Assembly: GCA_965261395.1 (NCBI GenBank)
Contig: OZ253462.1
Span: forward strand, 5,632,001-5,696,000
Source of the DNA: Candidatus Latescibacterota bacterium
Lineage (GTDB): Bacteria; Latescibacterota; UBA2968; UBA8231
Length of the DNA stretch: 64,000 bases
Direction: 5' to 3'
The number at the start of each line of letters is the position of its first letter. Position 1 is the stretch's first letter. Made by a program: the position numbers and the translations under genes. Shown here one piece after another: positions 10,306 to 19,471 of this stretch. Below the pieces are notes generated by a model. The model was not told where the DNA came from. It saw only the letters and a program-made list of their open reading frames with translations, and did no database searches.

Positions 10306-10728
10306 TCATGCGCCTATCCACGGGTTGATGACGGCGACTCCTGTTCCAGCGAAATCCGGGACGTTCCGGGTTACGACCGCCGCGCCGTACGAGCGGGCGA
10401 TCGCCGCAATCTGGCAATCGGACTCGGTGATTGGCCGACCAGCAGCACGGCGAGCGACGGCGATGGTGGCATAAACACGCGCCGCCTCGCTGCCGAAGGG
10501 CAACACACGGCCGGCATACAGCTTGCCGAAGGTGCGCTCGGTGGCCTCGGCGAGACCCCGACGACGACGCCCTTCCGGCAACAGGGCAACACCTGTTCGA
10601 ACTTCCGCCTCAGTAACCGCCGTTACGAACAAATCGCTCGCCCTCTGCTCGTCCACCCAAGCGAGAACTGTCGGCCACGGATTATCGCTCATCAATTCTG
10701 AGATCACGTTGGTATCAAGAACGAACAT
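10306..10728 (-). CDS. vapC: VapC/FitB PIN-domain toxin
   Basis: VLDTNVISEL, D.QIAAIA, VTRN..DF, INPW. Confidence 0.92.
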   Translation of the reverse strand: MFVLDTNVISELMSDNPWPTVLAWVDEQRASDLFVTAVTEAEVRTGVALLPEGRRRRGLAEATERTFGKLYAGRVLPFGSEAARVYATIAVARRAAGRPITESDCQIAAIARSYGAAVVTRNVPDFAGTGVAVINPWIGA

Positions 10729-10738
10729 CACCCAACTC

Positions 10739-10999
10739 TCAATCGAACTTGGGCGGCTCGCGCATCGGTCCGCGCGGCGGGATGTCCAGCTCCACACTGC
10801 CGAACGGTTTGAACAGCTTGTGAATTGCGGTTCCGAGGCCCTTCACCGGCACTACCCCGTCGTCGCCCGTCTCGCCAGTGACCACCTCGCGCAGGATGGT
10901 CCGAGCCTCTTCCTCCATCGAACGGCCATTCTCAGTCGCCCGTATGCAAAGCTGCTTCTTTACCTCATCGTCGAGATTGCGGATCGTGATGCTCTCCAT
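10739..10999 (-). CDS. FitA-like ribbon-helix-helix antitoxin
   Basis: SITIRNLDDEVK..L..RA..NGRSMEEEAR.IL; directly upstream of the PIN gene. Confidence 0.88.
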   Translation of the reverse strand: MESITIRNLDDEVKKQLCIRATENGRSMEEEARTILREVVTGETGDDGVVPVKGLGTAIHKLFKPFGSVELDIPPRGPMREPPKFD

Positions 11000-11121
11000 G
11001 ACAGGGCCTCCATTCTTTCGGGGAAATTTCTAAAGTACGCTGCGATTGCAGTGTATTCAATATTATATTCGAGTAGTTCCGTGGTGAACTGGCTGGTCCA
11101 GCGGGCGGGGAGGATGCCGTC

Positions 11122-11267
11122 CAGCGGCGACCGGCACGTGCATTTTGGCTTAGGCACGGCGGGCCGGGTGGATTCGCTGCACATCTATTGGCCGAGTGGG
11201 GTGCTGCAACGGCTGACCGATTTGCCGATTGATACGTATATGAGCGTTGTGGAGGGGGGCTAGGGGC
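11122..11267 (+). pseudogene. Orphan duplicate of the CRTAC1-like gene 3' end (copy 2 of the direct repeat)
   Basis: Encodes SGDRHVHFGLGTAGRVDSLHIYWPSG...VVEGG-stop. Confidence 0.9.
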
Positions 11268-11332
11268 GGTTGCTGCGTGGCGCGCGGCGGCTATATTTGC
11301 GGGCGCACGCACCATAAGCTGGAGGTCCAACT

Positions 11333-11716
11333 ATGCAGAGCTACCCATATCCAGAATACGACGGCGTGAGAAGCATTGTGCTGGGAATAGTCGTCAGCAT
11401 TCTGACGTGTGGGATTTACTATTTCTATTGGCAATACAAACAGATGGAAACGCTCAATGCGTGGCTGGGGCGGGAGGAGTACAACTTCTGGCTTTGGCTC
11501 GTACTCTTTATCGTGACGTGCAGCATATTTGAGATTTACTACGAGTACAAGATGGCCAAGGGCATCAATGAGATTCAGGAGAACAATAGTCTGCGCGCAA
11601 ACAGAGACCTAGCGTTGATCTGCGTCCTGGTTTCTATTTTTTCCCTCGGCTTGGCCGCCACGGCCATCCAGCAGTGGGAGATCAACAAGTTCTACGGTGA
11701 AAGCGCCGACAGTTAG
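11333..11716 (+). CDS. DUF4234-like membrane protein
   Basis: Two (L/V)TC(G/S)I(Y/F) hydrophobic repeats, Q..INK C-terminus. Confidence 0.7.
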   Translation: MQSYPYPEYDGVRSIVLGIVVSILTCGIYYFYWQYKQMETLNAWLGREEYNFWLWLVLFIVTCSIFEIYYEYKMAKGINEIQENNSLRANRDLALICVLVSIFSLGLAATAIQQWEINKFYGESADS

Positions 11717-12086
11717 CCCAGTTCACCTCGCGCGAATTTTCCTCGTCGGGCTGGCGCTTGTCGCGGCATTCTTGGCGTGGTTTAGCCCCGTGCTCGGCGC
11801 GGCTTGGCCGACCCTGTGCCCCTTCCGCTTCCTCACCCATCTGCCCTGCCCAGGCTGCGGCATGGGGCGCGCCTGCATAGCCCTTGCGCAAGGCAACCTC
11901 GCCGGTGCTTGGCACTACCACCCCTTCGCGTTTTTCCTCGTCCCATTGGCCCTCGGCCTGGCCTGTTCTCCGGGTCGGTTCGGCCGCGCTTGGCGCGCGC
12001 TGCCTCCATACCTCCGCAAGGGCTTTGCTGGGGGCGTGCTGGCTCTCGTGCTGGCGTTGTGGGGGTATCGCTTACTACTCGTCTAG
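11697..12086 (+). CDS. DUF2752-like membrane protein
   Basis: CPFRFLT.LPCPGCGM.RA...AW.YHP motif. Confidence 0.8.
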   Translation: MKAPTVSPVHLARIFLVGLALVAAFLAWFSPVLGAAWPTLCPFRFLTHLPCPGCGMGRACIALAQGNLAGAWHYHPFAFFLVPLALGLACSPGRFGRAWRALPPYLRKGFAGGVLALVLALWGYRLLLV

Positions 12087-12742
12087 TGGCTCAGCGCCCA
12101 AACCGCGATATTGGCACCCATTTTGAGGGCGTCGAGTCGCTTGCCCTCTGGGTCGCTGTGGACGCCGGGGTCCTCCCAGCCGTCGCCTAAATCCGCTTCA
12201 TACGTGTACAGCACAGCTAGGCGCTCGCCCGTAAAAAGCGCGAGGGCTTGTGGCCGTTTGCCGTCGTGTTCGTGGACTTTGGGCAGGCCCGCTGACAACT
12301 CGAAATGGCAGTGGAACAAGGGATGCTCGGGCGGCAGCTCCACCCACTCGGCATTGGGAAAGACTTGGTGCATGGCGCGGCGGAAGCTCTCGTCCATGCC
12401 GTAGTTGTCGTCGGCGTGGAGAAAGCCGCCGCTTTCCAAGTAGTGCCTAAGCCGCGCCGCCTCCTCAGACGAAAAAGCCACATTGCCGTGCCCGGTCATG
12501 TAGATGTACGGATAGGAAAACAGCTCCTCGTCCATGATTTGCACGCGCGCCTCGGCCTCGGCCGCATCGATTTGGGTATGTTCCCGTAAGAAGCGGAGCA
12601 AGTTGGGCAGGGAAGAGGGATCGCTGTACCAATCGCCGCCGCCGTCGTATTGCAGCCGCGCAATGGTAAATAGGGGCTGGGCTGGGCCGTCCACCGCGAG
12701 GAGCGCGACGCAGAGTGCGGCACTGAGGGCGAGGCTGCGCAT
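12083..12742 (-). CDS. DUF4159 domain protein
   Basis: Signal peptide, YDGGGDWY, YMTGHG, GGFLHADDNYG, DLGDGWED. Confidence 0.8.
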   Translation of the reverse strand: MRSLALSAALCVALLAVDGPAQPLFTIARLQYDGGGDWYSDPSSLPNLLRFLREHTQIDAAEAEARVQIMDEELFSYPYIYMTGHGNVAFSSEEAARLRHYLESGGFLHADDNYGMDESFRRAMHQVFPNAEWVELPPEHPLFHCHFELSAGLPKVHEHDGKRPQALALFTGERLAVLYTYEADLGDGWEDPGVHSDPEGKRLDALKMGANIAVWALSH

Positions 12743-14949
12743 CAGCGGTTGTTGATCACGGCGAATTTGCCGCGCACTGCGTCGCCGGTTTCTGGCTGCG
12801 CGACAAAGTAGTAAATACCCGACCCCACGAGAAAGCCCGCCGCGCTCTGGCCATGCCAAGTGACCGCGCCTTGACCGGCCGTGCCGTCGAGCTGGCGGAT
12901 GAGTTCGCCAGCCGCGGTGAAAATGCGCACGCTGGACCCTAGCGGCAGGTCGGCAAAGGTCAGGGCTGCGCCGTGCACGCCGATGCGGAAGGGGTTGGGA
13001 TAGGCGTACGCCTGAGGCCCAGCGGCCGCTCTCGAGGTGCCGAGTTGCAGGCGGCTCATTCCGCCGAGCGTGCCAATCCACAGTGCGCCGTTTCCCTGGT
13101 CGAAGTACAGCGAGTTGACGCGGTTGTTGACGAGACCGTCGCTGGTGTCGAGCGCGAACTCGACTTGGCCTCCGGCGTCGATGCGGGCCAAGCCGCCTTC
13201 GGTGCCGACCCAAATGCGCCCCCAGTCGTCTTCGGCGAGCGACGTGGTCGCGCTGGACGGTAGGCCGTTGTCGGTGTTGTACACCTTCCAGCTTGTGACA
13301 TCAAAGTCCGCGTTAGTCCGCGAATACTCGCCGCGCACTGCATTAAGGCCGTTGTTGGTGGCGACCCACACCTGCCCAGAGCGATCGACGTGGATGTCGA
13401 TGATGGCGTTGCTGGTCAGGCCTGGATACGCGGCTGTGTCGAAGACAAGGCCGATCTCGTCGCCGGTCTTAAAAGGGGTGCCGCCGTCGTCTAAGAGGCA
13501 GAAGCCGTCGAGCGCTGTCCCGACCCACTTTAGGCCCTCGGGACCAGTGGCTATTTTGGTCATGTCTCGGCCCGGGGACATGCCGAAGTCCAACTGGTTG
13601 TTGAGCGCGGCCTGTTGGGGCGGCCACCCATCCATGACGACTAACCCATTGCGGACGTTGGCGATCCACATCAAGCCGTTGGCGTCGCGGTCGATGTCGC
13701 TGATGGCGACAAAGCTATTGCCATCGATACCTTCGAGGGCCGAGTTGTTGGCGGTGAGGCGCTGCCACTGGCCGTTGGCGTCGCGCACGTCAATGCCCCC
13801 GCCCCAATGGCCAACCCACAGCAGGCCCTCGCCGTCGGTCTCCACGGCCGAGACAGTCGCGGACGACAGGTCGGTCTTTGTGTTGTGGGTGGTCCAGCCT
13901 TCGCCGTCAAACTCGTATAGACCGAAAGCGGGCAGATTGTCCTTGGGCACGGAGGAGACCCACAGGTGGCCGTCGGCGGTCTGGGTCATGTCGAAGAAGA
14001 AGTTGGCTCTAGGTTCGCGGGGCGGTGGCGGAGGGTCGGTGCCGAGGACGCGCAAGCCACTACCGCTGGCCACCCACAGGGGGCCGTCCGTATCGGACAG
14101 GTCGGCAGTGCTGCTAATGTCCGATGCACTAAGCGGCTGCCAACGGTTGGTGCCTTGGCGCTGGAACAAGAGACCCTCGGCCGTCGCGCTGACAACGCGC
14201 CCCTCAAAGAGGCCGAGGGCAACGCTGCTGGTCGTGGTGTAATCGAGCACGGGGCGTTCGAGCGCGGGGTGTACTCGCCAGAGGCCGTCCGTGGCCGAGA
14301 CGAAGAGCGTGTCTTGATAGACTAGCATGTCGCGCACCGTGCCCTTTATTAGCTCGGCTTCCCAACTGCTGGGGTCTTGGAGATTGGGTTGGTCCAAATC
14401 CGCCCATACTAGGCCACTGACGGTCCCGGCCCACAGGCGACCGGCAAACACCTCCATGCTGGTCACCTCGGTGTCTTTGGGCAGATCCCCCAAGCGGCGA
14501 TAGGTTTCCTTGACCTCCTCCTTGCTGATGACAAACGCGCTGACGCCGCGCTCGCTGCCGACGTAGAGGATGTCCCCATGAGGCTCAAGGGCGTTGATGC
14601 GGAGGTTTTGGAAGTCGAGGAAGGGCGGGTCGAAGCGGTTCCTCTCGGGCCGATAGCGGCTCAAGCCCTGCGAGTTTGTACCGAACCACAGATGGCCGTT
14701 GGCATCTACAGCTAGGCTCAAGATGAGGTTGCCCGGTAGGCCGTCGCGGCGGGTGAAGCGCGTATAGGATTGGGTCTGCTGGTCGTAGCGCAGGACGCCG
14801 CCGCTGGTACCGGCCCAGACCTCATCTTGGTGGACGAGGACCCGGTTGATTTGGCGCATACTGGTATAGGCTTCCCATTGGGTGCCGGATAGCTGGGCGC
14901 GGACGGGTAGAGCCAAAAGCAGCAGTGGAGCGAGGCGGAGCAAGAGCAT
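12742..14949 (-). CDS. Secreted beta-propeller protein (two-component-regulator propeller repeats, PorZ-like) with C-terminal YPNPF/FlgD-like domain
   Basis: Repeated GL....I..L..D..G.LW.GT; YPNPF, SGIYY. Confidence 0.75.
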   Translation of the reverse strand: MLLLRLAPLLLLALPVRAQLSGTQWEAYTSMRQINRVLVHQDEVWAGTSGGVLRYDQQTQSYTRFTRRDGLPGNLILSLAVDANGHLWFGTNSQGLSRYRPERNRFDPPFLDFQNLRINALEPHGDILYVGSERGVSAFVISKEEVKETYRRLGDLPKDTEVTSMEVFAGRLWAGTVSGLVWADLDQPNLQDPSSWEAELIKGTVRDMLVYQDTLFVSATDGLWRVHPALERPVLDYTTTSSVALGLFEGRVVSATAEGLLFQRQGTNRWQPLSASDISSTADLSDTDGPLWVASGSGLRVLGTDPPPPPREPRANFFFDMTQTADGHLWVSSVPKDNLPAFGLYEFDGEGWTTHNTKTDLSSATVSAVETDGEGLLWVGHWGGGIDVRDANGQWQRLTANNSALEGIDGNSFVAISDIDRDANGLMWIANVRNGLVVMDGWPPQQAALNNQLDFGMSPGRDMTKIATGPEGLKWVGTALDGFCLLDDGGTPFKTGDEIGLVFDTAAYPGLTSNAIIDIHVDRSGQVWVATNNGLNAVRGEYSRTNADFDVTSWKVYNTDNGLPSSATTSLAEDDWGRIWVGTEGGLARIDAGGQVEFALDTSDGLVNNRVNSLYFDQGNGALWIGTLGGMSRLQLGTSRAAAGPQAYAYPNPFRIGVHGAALTFADLPLGSSVRIFTAAGELIRQLDGTAGQGAVTWHGQSAAGFLVGSGIYYFVAQPETGDAVRGKFAVINNR

Positions 14950-14958
14950 GGGGACGGC

Positions 14959-17409
14959 CTACATCATCGTTAGAGGATCGATATTAATGGAAAAGTGGAG
15001 GGCGTGGTTTTTGGCGGCCTCGCGCATGGCTGGCAGCACGCTGAGGGTCGTTGTGCGCAAGTGGTGCGCCGAGGAGCCACGCAAGAGAGCTTGCCAGCGG
15101 TAGTGACCGCGCAGCCGCGCCAGCGGTGCCGGTGCCGGCCCGAGCACGAGCGCTTCTGCATCGAGGCCCTGCCGCAGGGCATCCACGCCCTGTTGCGCCC
15201 CGGTCTCAACGGCTTGCTCGCAGGGGCCGCGCCAGCGGAAGACGATTAGGCGGCCAAAAGGGGGGAACCCGGCCTGCTGCCGCTGGGCTAGCTCGTTGTG
15301 GGCAAAGGCCGCGTAGTTTTGGCGTGCGGCCGCGCGTAAAGCTGCGTCCTCGGGCAGCAGCGTCTGGATGACGACCTCGCCGGCCGTGTGACCGCGCCCC
15401 GAGCGGCCGGCGACTTGGGTCAGGAGCTGGAAGCTCCGCTCGGCTGCGCGGAAGTCGGGTAGGTGCATGCCGGTGTCCGCGGAAATCACGCCGACTAGCG
15501 TAACCTCGGGCAGGTCGAGGCCCTTGGCGATCATTTGGGTGCCGAGCAGCACGTCGGCCTCGCCCCTGCGGAAGCGCTCGACGAGGGAGTCGTGCGCGCC
15601 TTTCCAAGCGGTGGTGTCCACGTCCATGCGGATGACGCGGATGCCGGAAAATTGGGCCAAGAGGGCGCTTTCGACTCGTTGGGTGCCCACCCCTTCGAAG
15701 CGCAGCTCCGGGCTGCCGCAGGACGGGCAGACCGGTGGAGGAGGAGCCGCGAAGTCGCAGTAATGACAGCGGGTCTGGGAAGAAGTGGGTTGCCGGTGAT
15801 AGGTCAGCGAGACTCGGCAACTGCTGCACTGGATCGGCTCGCCACAGGCGGTGCAGCTAATGAAGGGCGCGAAGCCGCGGCGATTTTGCAACAGGATGAT
15901 TTTTTCGCCGCGGTCGAGGCGGCCCTGCATCTTGCGCCGCAAGTCGTGCGAGAAGATGGCTCGCTGCTGCCGTTGGAAAGGCTCCTGTTTCATATCGACG
16001 ACCGTCACTTGCGGCAAAGGGCGGTCGTCGATGCGGCGGGGCAAGGTGTGGAGGTGGTACTTGCCCGTGACGGCGTTCCAGTGCGACTCTAGGCTGGGCG
16101 TGGCCGAGCCGAGGACGACGACGGCTTTGCAGTGCTGCCCGCGGACTAAGGCGAGGTCGCGGGCGTTGTAGGTGAGGGGGTGGCTGCTGTCTAGGTCTTC
16201 TTGCTTGTACGAGGTGTCGTGCTCTTCGTCCACGACAATCAGCCCCAAATCGTCCACTGGTGCGAAGATGGCCGAGCGAGCGCCGATGAGCACGCGCTGC
16301 TCGCGGCGGCGCAAACGACGCCAAGTGTCGTAGCGCTCTCCGGTCGAGAGTTGGCTGTGGAGGACGGCGACTGCCTCGCCGAAGTGCTCCTTGAAGCGCC
16401 GCACCATCTGCCAAGCGAGGGCGATTTCTGGAACCAAGATGATCGCGCCGCGCCCCGCGGCCAACGCTTGTGCTACGAGTTGGATGTACACCAGGGTCTT
16501 GCCCGAGCCGGTGACGCCGTGCAGCAGAGCCGGATAGAATTTTCGGGTATCGAGCGCGGCCGACAGGGCGTCGAGGGCCTGTTGCTGGTCGGTGGTAGGG
16601 ACGAGGTCCGGGGGAGCACCGCTGGCGATGTGGGCGAGGGGGTCGCGGACGACTTCCTCGGCCGTTGACTCAATCAAGCCACGGCCTTCGAGGGTCTTGA
16701 GTACGGCCGAGGAAAAGCCGGCCGTGCTCAGTTCGCTGCGCGCAGCCGTGGGGTGGTCGAGCAAGTAGCGCAGACAGGCCGCTTGACGCGGAGCGCGCTT
16801 TTCGATGTCGGCGATGGCTGCATGCGCGGCCGTTTCGTCGCTCAGACGGAAGCGGCGTTGGCTCAGGGCACGGGGTCGCCGGTCTTCGAGCACGGGCGCG
16901 ATTTCAATGCATCCGCTGCGGCTCAGGACGCGCACCCCCTTTTCCAAGCCCCGGCTGCCGAGGCGGCGCTTGAGGGTGCTGACCTTGAGAGAGCCGCTGC
17001 GCTGCAACTCGCCGAGGATCCGCGCCTCTAGGCCCGCGTGGTGGCCAACGGGCGCGTCGCGCAATTGCACGAGGCGGTTGGAGCTGAGTTTGACGCCTGG
17101 AGGCAGAGCGGCCATCAGCGCACTGCCGAGGGGGGCCATGTAGTAGGAAGCCATCCAGCGGCAGAGCGCGACGATCTCTGGGATGAGGAGCGAGGTGTCG
17201 AGAATTTGTTCGATAGGGCGGATCTTGCTTGGGGGGAGGTCGCCGATTGTAGCTGGCCCCAAGACGATGCCGGTGAGCCGGCGCTGGACCACCGGCACCA
17301 ACACCAAGGCCCCAGGCCGCGCTTCAGCGGCGAGTTCAGCAGGTACGCCATAGGTCAACTCGCGCGCTACAGGTGGCGGCAGGGCGACCTCTACGTAGCC
17401 TTGGATCAT
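14959..17409 (-). CDS. priA: Primosomal protein N'
   Basis: GVTGSGKT, LVPEI, DEEHD.SYKQ, four CxxC pairs, GTQMIAKGLD, QVAGRSGR. Confidence 0.95.
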   Translation of the reverse strand: MIQGYVEVALPPPVARELTYGVPAELAAEARPGALVLVPVVQRRLTGIVLGPATIGDLPPSKIRPIEQILDTSLLIPEIVALCRWMASYYMAPLGSALMAALPPGVKLSSNRLVQLRDAPVGHHAGLEARILGELQRSGSLKVSTLKRRLGSRGLEKGVRVLSRSGCIEIAPVLEDRRPRALSQRRFRLSDETAAHAAIADIEKRAPRQAACLRYLLDHPTAARSELSTAGFSSAVLKTLEGRGLIESTAEEVVRDPLAHIASGAPPDLVPTTDQQQALDALSAALDTRKFYPALLHGVTGSGKTLVYIQLVAQALAAGRGAIILVPEIALAWQMVRRFKEHFGEAVAVLHSQLSTGERYDTWRRLRRREQRVLIGARSAIFAPVDDLGLIVVDEEHDTSYKQEDLDSSHPLTYNARDLALVRGQHCKAVVVLGSATPSLESHWNAVTGKYHLHTLPRRIDDRPLPQVTVVDMKQEPFQRQQRAIFSHDLRRKMQGRLDRGEKIILLQNRRGFAPFISCTACGEPIQCSSCRVSLTYHRQPTSSQTRCHYCDFAAPPPPVCPSCGSPELRFEGVGTQRVESALLAQFSGIRVIRMDVDTTAWKGAHDSLVERFRRGEADVLLGTQMIAKGLDLPEVTLVGVISADTGMHLPDFRAAERSFQLLTQVAGRSGRGHTAGEVVIQTLLPEDAALRAAARQNYAAFAHNELAQRQQAGFPPFGRLIVFRWRGPCEQAVETGAQQGVDALRQGLDAEALVLGPAPAPLARLRGHYRWQALLRGSSAHHLRTTTLSVLPAMREAAKNHALHFSINIDPLTMM

Positions 17410-18338
17410 GGTTGGGTGTCGGAGGGCTCTTCTGCTAGAGACTGTAAGTTCGATCCTAGGAATTCGATGCCGTCGGCCGCGGCGCGGAAGTGCAGCACTT
17501 GAGTAGGGTCGCCAAGCTGGCCATCGCCGAGTAGTTGGCCATCCAACCAATAGCGCAGGCCGTGGGGACGGGTCGAGAGCACGACGAAGTGGTCGCGGGC
17601 CTCAAAGCGGTGGCGCTGGCCGGATGGAACGACAGCCTCAAAATTTTCTGCTGCGTTATCCCAGCGGATCAGCACCCAAGTAGAGTCGCTGGCTTCTAGT
17701 TCGAGGACGACAGGGGCGGATTCGGTGGTTTGTGCGGCCGCCGCAGTCGCGGAAGTGTCTGCAGACGAGGCAGCGTCCACAGCACCCGTTTCGGTGGATG
17801 ACTGGGCGACAAGGGGGTCGTTTGGAGCGGTTATCGGCTGGGATTGGGCCGGGGTTGGGATCTCTTGCGGCGGGACCGGGGTCGCTTGCGGCGGGACGTC
17901 GGTCGCTTGCGATGGGCCGGCGGATTGGGCCGGGGTCTGTGGTGATGGCATAATCCTATCGCCGAAGAAGTAGAACGCCACAGCGAGGGCGCAGCAAACA
18001 CCTATTATCGAGCCGATGATGATCATTGGCTTATGCGAGCGACGCGGAGTAGGCTGAGATATTAAGACCTTAGGCCGATGGAGAGATTGGGGTTGGCCAT
18101 GCTGTTGATCGAAACGAGTCAAAAACGGCTTGGGATCGAGGTCGAGGAATTCGGCGTATGCTTCCAGAGCTAGGCGAGTGAATACCGGCTCGACTATATC
18201 GAACTGGTTGGCTTCTACGCCCTGTAAGACGGACAAACTAATGCCGGTCTGTCGCTGGATTTCTTCGAGATCGAGGCCGCGCGCTTGGCGTGCGGCAGAC
18301 AATTCTTCTGCGATGGTTAGTTGTTTTTCTTCGCTCAT
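17406..18338 (-). CDS. RodZ-like HTH + transmembrane + DUF4115 protein
   Basis: N-terminal HTH (L..ARQARGLDL...YAEFL.LD), TM helix, Pro/Ala linker, W-containing beta domain. Confidence 0.75.
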   Translation of the reverse strand: MSEEKQLTIAEELSAARQARGLDLEEIQRQTGISLSVLQGVEANQFDIVEPVFTRLALEAYAEFLDLDPKPFLTRFDQQHGQPQSLHRPKVLISQPTPRRSHKPMIIIGSIIGVCCALAVAFYFFGDRIMPSPQTPAQSAGPSQATDVPPQATPVPPQEIPTPAQSQPITAPNDPLVAQSSTETGAVDAASSADTSATAAAAQTTESAPVVLELEASDSTWVLIRWDNAAENFEAVVPSGQRHRFEARDHFVVLSTRPHGLRYWLDGQLLGDGQLGDPTQVLHFRAAADGIEFLGSNLQSLAEEPSDTQP

Positions 18339-18922
18339 TTTGTGGCCTGATCGTTTAGGTCGCACCCCACCGCGCTCAAAAGGACGCAAAGACGAGCTAG
18401 GGGCAGACCAACTACATTATAATAACAACCTGCGATGCGTTCAATAAAGCGCGCCCCTAGCCCCTGGATGCCATAGCCACCGGCTTTGTCGAAGGGTTCG
18501 CCGCTGGCGACGTAAGCGGCGATGTCCGCGGCGGTCAAGGGCCGCATTTCTACTTGGGTGCAAACGACTTCCTGCAGGAGCTGTGCGCCGCTTTGGATGG
18601 TTAGCCCGGTATAGACCTGATGGACCTTGCCCGAGAGGCGACCGAGCATGGAGGCCGCATCGGCTGCGTCGGCGGGCTTGCCCAATATCGCGCCGTTGCT
18701 ACAGACGATGGTGTCCGCCGCGATGATAATGGCGTCTGTAGCGACTGAGCCGGCCACAGCGCGGGCTTTGGCCACGGCCGATTCGAGTGCGTAGTCGGCC
18801 GGGATGGCCGTTGCGGGCACAGGCTCTGCCAGCGGACTGGGGACGACTGTAAAGGGCAGGGCGAGTTGGCGCAACAGATCAGCGCGCCGGGGCGAAGCCG
18901 AGCCGAGGATGAGCGGCTTCAC
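18335..18922 (-). CDS. maf: Maf-family nucleotide pyrophosphatase
   Basis: LILGSASPRR, ADTIV, GKP, DKAGGYGIQ, NVVGLP. Confidence 0.93.
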   Translation of the reverse strand: MKPLILGSASPRRADLLRQLALPFTVVPSPLAEPVPATAIPADYALESAVAKARAVAGSVATDAIIIAADTIVCSNGAILGKPADAADAASMLGRLSGKVHQVYTGLTIQSGAQLLQEVVCTQVEMRPLTAADIAAYVASGEPFDKAGGYGIQGLGARFIERIAGCYYNVVGLPLARLCVLLSAVGCDLNDQATK

Positions 18923-19362
18923 GCTGGCGACTCCACCATCAAGGTAACCGGGCCGTCGTTGTGGATTTCGACTTGCATGTAGGCACCGAAGACGCCGCGT
19001 TGGGGCGGCAAGCCTTGTGCGGCGAGCAGGTCGAGGAAGCGCTCGTAGAGGCGCTGGGCAACCGGGGGTGGGGCGGCTTGGACGAAGCTGGGGCGGCGGC
19101 CTTTGCGGCAATCGCCGTACAGGGTAAACTGCGAGATGGCGAGCACGCCGCCGCCGATGTCGAGCACTGAGCGGTTCATCTTGCCTTGGTCGTCGGCGAA
19201 GATGCGCAGATGAGCGCACTTTTCAGCGCAGAAGCGCAGGGATTGGTCGTCGTCGCTAGGGCCGAAGCCGACGAGCAGGACCAAGCCCTGGTCGATTTGG
19301 CCGCGGAGCTGGCCATCGACGTGGACGCTAGCGTGGCTGACGCGCTGGACGAGGACTTTCAC
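18919..19362 (-). CDS. dtd: D-aminoacyl-tRNA deacylase
   Basis: VQRV..ASV, SQFTL, RPSF, NDGPVT. Confidence 0.95.
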   Translation of the reverse strand: MKVLVQRVSHASVHVDGQLRGQIDQGLVLLVGFGPSDDDQSLRFCAEKCAHLRIFADDQGKMNRSVLDIGGGVLAISQFTLYGDCRKGRRPSFVQAAPPPVAQRLYERFLDLLAAQGLPPQRGVFGAYMQVEIHNDGPVTLMVESPA

Positions 19363-19471
19363 GGGAGGGGGTGCAAGATCAGCGGGGACGCCGTCGGCAT
19401 CTGGGAAAATTCGCTAGGAGAATCGGTCATAGAAGTTAAATGTACCCCCCGCCGTACTACTGTCAACCACC

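Noticed and set aside
10523-11263. 246-aa plus-strand ORF
   Set aside because: Antisense to fitAB; only its last ~47 codons are meaningful (the duplicated CRTAC1 end).
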